NCBI GenBank assembly: GCA_963695545.1
Contig: OY968796.1
Span: forward strand, 1,856,001 to 1,920,000
Length of the DNA stretch: 64,000 nt
Direction: 5' to 3'
Origin: Terriglobia bacterium
GTDB lineage: Bacteria; Acidobacteriota; Terriglobia; Acidiferrales; UBA7541
Each line of letters opens with the position of its first letter. Position 1 is the first letter of the stretch. The position numbers and the translations under genes were made by a program. The notes beneath the pieces are model-generated. The model did no database searches. It was not told the origin of the DNA and worked only from the letters and a program-made list of their open reading frames with translations. This document shows, in pieces, positions 62,153-64,000 of this stretch.

Positions 62153-63028
62153 TTATTTTTTCTTACGCGCGCGCGGTTTTTTGCGTGCCCGGGGCGCGGG
62201 TTGGCACCGTGAGCAGAAATAGCTGCTGCGTCCCGCGACTTGCGTCCTGCGAATCGCGTGCCCGCAACGCCGGCAAGCCAAACCCTCTCTTTGATAAACC
62301 CGATGCATGCGTTGAAACGCGCCCGGCTTGCCTTCCGAATCCACATAGTCGGAAAACGACGAGCCTCGCAGCTGAATGGCGGAGAGCAACGTGTTGCGGA
62401 TCGCGCGATGCAGGGTGCGGAGCTGTTTTGTTGTGAGCCGGTCGGCGCGCCGCGCAGGGTGAACGCGCGCGCGCCACAAACTTTCATCGGCGTAGATATT
62501 TCCGACGCCGCTGATGGTGTGCTGATCGAGCAGCAGCGCCTTGATGCGCGCGCCGCGCGATCCGAATCGCCGCACGAATTCCGCCGTGCTGATTTCGAGC
62601 GCGTCTTGACCCCAGCGCGCACGCAGCGCGTCCATCCAGGTATCGGGCGCCAGACGAATCCGGCCGAACCGGCGAATGTCCGTGTAGCGCAACTCGTTCC
62701 CGTCATCGAGAGTGAGAAAAACGTGCGTGTGTGGCGGCACGGGTTCGGTCGGCTTGCCCGTCGTGAGCCGTCCGGTCATGCCCAGATGGATCACCAGGTG
62801 GAGTCGCGCGTCGGGAATTGCGGCCGATGCGCTGGGCGCAATTTCGACCGCGATGAATTTTCCGCAGCGCGAGACACTCGAAATGCGGCTACCAGGCAAT
62901 CGCTCGCCGAGCATGATTGGATCGTCGATGAAATCGGTCTTGCCCAGATGAACGGCAAGAATCCGCCGCCCCGGCAAAGCCGCTTGCAGGCCGCGCACCA
63001 CGGTTTCAACTTCAGGCAGTTCGGGCAT
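62153..63028 (-). CDS. mutM: Formamidopyrimidine-DNA glycosylase
   Basis: MPELPEVE, HLGMTG, GVGNIYADE, C-terminal CxxC...CxxC zinc finger. Confidence 0.96.
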   Translation of the reverse strand: MPELPEVETVVRGLQAALPGRRILAVHLGKTDFIDDPIMLGERLPGSRISSVSRCGKFIAVEIAPSASAAIPDARLHLVIHLGMTGRLTTGKPTEPVPPHTHVFLTLDDGNELRYTDIRRFGRIRLAPDTWMDALRARWGQDALEISTAEFVRRFGSRGARIKALLLDQHTISGVGNIYADESLWRARVHPARRADRLTTKQLRTLHRAIRNTLLSAIQLRGSSFSDYVDSEGKPGAFQRMHRVYQREGLACRRCGHAIRRTQVAGRSSYFCSRCQPAPRARKKPRARKKK

Positions 63029-63152
63029 TAGGTTTGCCGCCAGGCGAATGAACAGTGATTGGCGAAACAAGACAAGCTACCACGGCGAGGCGAGGGAATG
63101 ATGCAGATGTGATCGATGGGAATTACGGACGACGGTGCGGAGCAGCGCGCGA

Positions 63153-63716
63153 TTACGGCAGGGGCATACCGGGCGTGGCGATAATGCCGGCCATGCGCAG
63201 AATCTCTTGGTATTCTTCGTCCGAGACAGGCGAGATAATCAGGCGGAAATTCTTCAGGAATTTCACCTTGCGCAGCGCGGAATTCGCCCGCAGCTCCGCC
63301 AGGCCCACCTGGCGTGGCAGGCGCTCGATGGCCCGCAGGTCGGCAACGAAAGCCGTCGATTTGCCCTTTTCCTCGTGCGGGTCAGGGTAGGGGTCGCGAG
63401 TCACCTCGGCCAGGGCGTAAAGGGCGCGTTCCGGGGCGGCGTGGTAGCAGAGCACCCGGTCGCCACGGCGCACCTGCTTCAACTGCCGCAGGACGTCGGG
63501 CCGCGTGCCCCCGCCGCGCCACATCTCCTTGCCCTTCACAAAGAGCGTATCCCAATGATAATTCTGGGGATCCACCGAAAATAGCCAGTGGTTACGCTTG
63601 GCTGGCTGGCGTATCACGCTCAAGCTGGACCCTCCCGGGGCCTTTGGGCTCACTGGTGGCCTAACTTCTGCCAGTGCACGATTTGGGCGGACACTATACA
63701 CGTAGCACCTTCGCAA
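63153..63716 (-). CDS. EVE domain protein (start likely downstream of 63716)
   Basis: WLF..DP..Y.W, GDRVLCYH, PYPDP, V.LAELR. Confidence 0.8.
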   Translation of the reverse strand: MRRCYVYSVRPNRALAEVRPPVSPKAPGGSSLSVIRQPAKRNHWLFSVDPQNYHWDTLFVKGKEMWRGGGTRPDVLRQLKQVRRGDRVLCYHAAPERALYALAEVTRDPYPDPHEEKGKSTAFVADLRAIERLPRQVGLAELRANSALRKVKFLKNFRLIISPVSDEEYQEILRMAGIIATPGMPLP

Positions 63717-63817
63717 TTACCAGTTAATTAGACGCAGAATGTTGGCTTTAGGTCGCAGCGGGCAATCGATTTACGCGCGAATAGAGGGTACCAGTACCTA
63801 TCCAGACCGGTCCAACG

Positions 63818-64000
63818 CTAGGCCAATTCCACCCAGATGTCGTCGCCTTTGACTTCGATCGGGTAGCACGCCACGCCGACAGCCGGGTTCATCAGTAGCT
63901 TGCCGTTCGTGACATCGTATTGCCAACCATGCCACGGGCACGTGAGCACTTTGCCTTGCAACTCGCCCTGGCCCAGCGGGCCGCCGCGATGCAGGCAGGT
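63818..64000 (-). CDS. Rieske [2Fe-2S] ferredoxin, C-terminal part (truncated by window edge)
   Basis: Manual translation TCLHRGGPLGQG...CPWHGWQYDV...DDIWVELA* (CxH and CxxH). Confidence 0.9.
   Translation of the reverse strand, partial: TCLHRGGPLGQGELQGKVLTCPWHGWQYDVTNGKLLMNPAVGVACYPIEVKGDDIWVELA

Overview
GC-rich bacterial chromosomal window. Gene content (Oar-like TonB-dependent receptors, Acidobacteria-type VWA protein, Tes-like radical SAM enzyme) suggests Acidobacteriota; this is inference. Left part (1-19.9 kb): nucleobase deaminase, two large TonB-dependent receptors flanking a divergent APC/NCS2 permease pair, a membrane-bound wHTH regulator facing a secreted protein and a CDP-alcohol phosphatidyltransferase, and a VWA + 1050-aa protein pair. 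Middle (about 20.0-30.7 kb): an integrase-less island bounded by tRNA-Pro(CGG) and a degenerate copy of its 3' half. It carries a GAF-ANTAR RNA-binding protein, a leader with four tandem C-G-closed G1/G4 hexaloop hairpins (ANTAR-target-like), a gene run to an ammonium transporter (no glnK), a TPR-like protein and a cation:proton antiporter, plus a PAS kinase/LuxR pair and a probable pseudokinase. This putative RNA-level nitrogen/cation control module is the most interesting item. Right part (31-64 kb): mostly housekeeping (degP-like protease, GH27, queG, sodA, murJ, lon, CCA enzyme, dinB, prmC, prfA, comM/yifB, CLC, MarR, dtd, mutM, EVE), plus a tetraether-synthase-like radical SAM protein, a helical/disordered/degenerate GIY-YIG protein and an unannotated 25-aa membrane peptide. 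All family calls come from motif recognition by eye; no searches were run.
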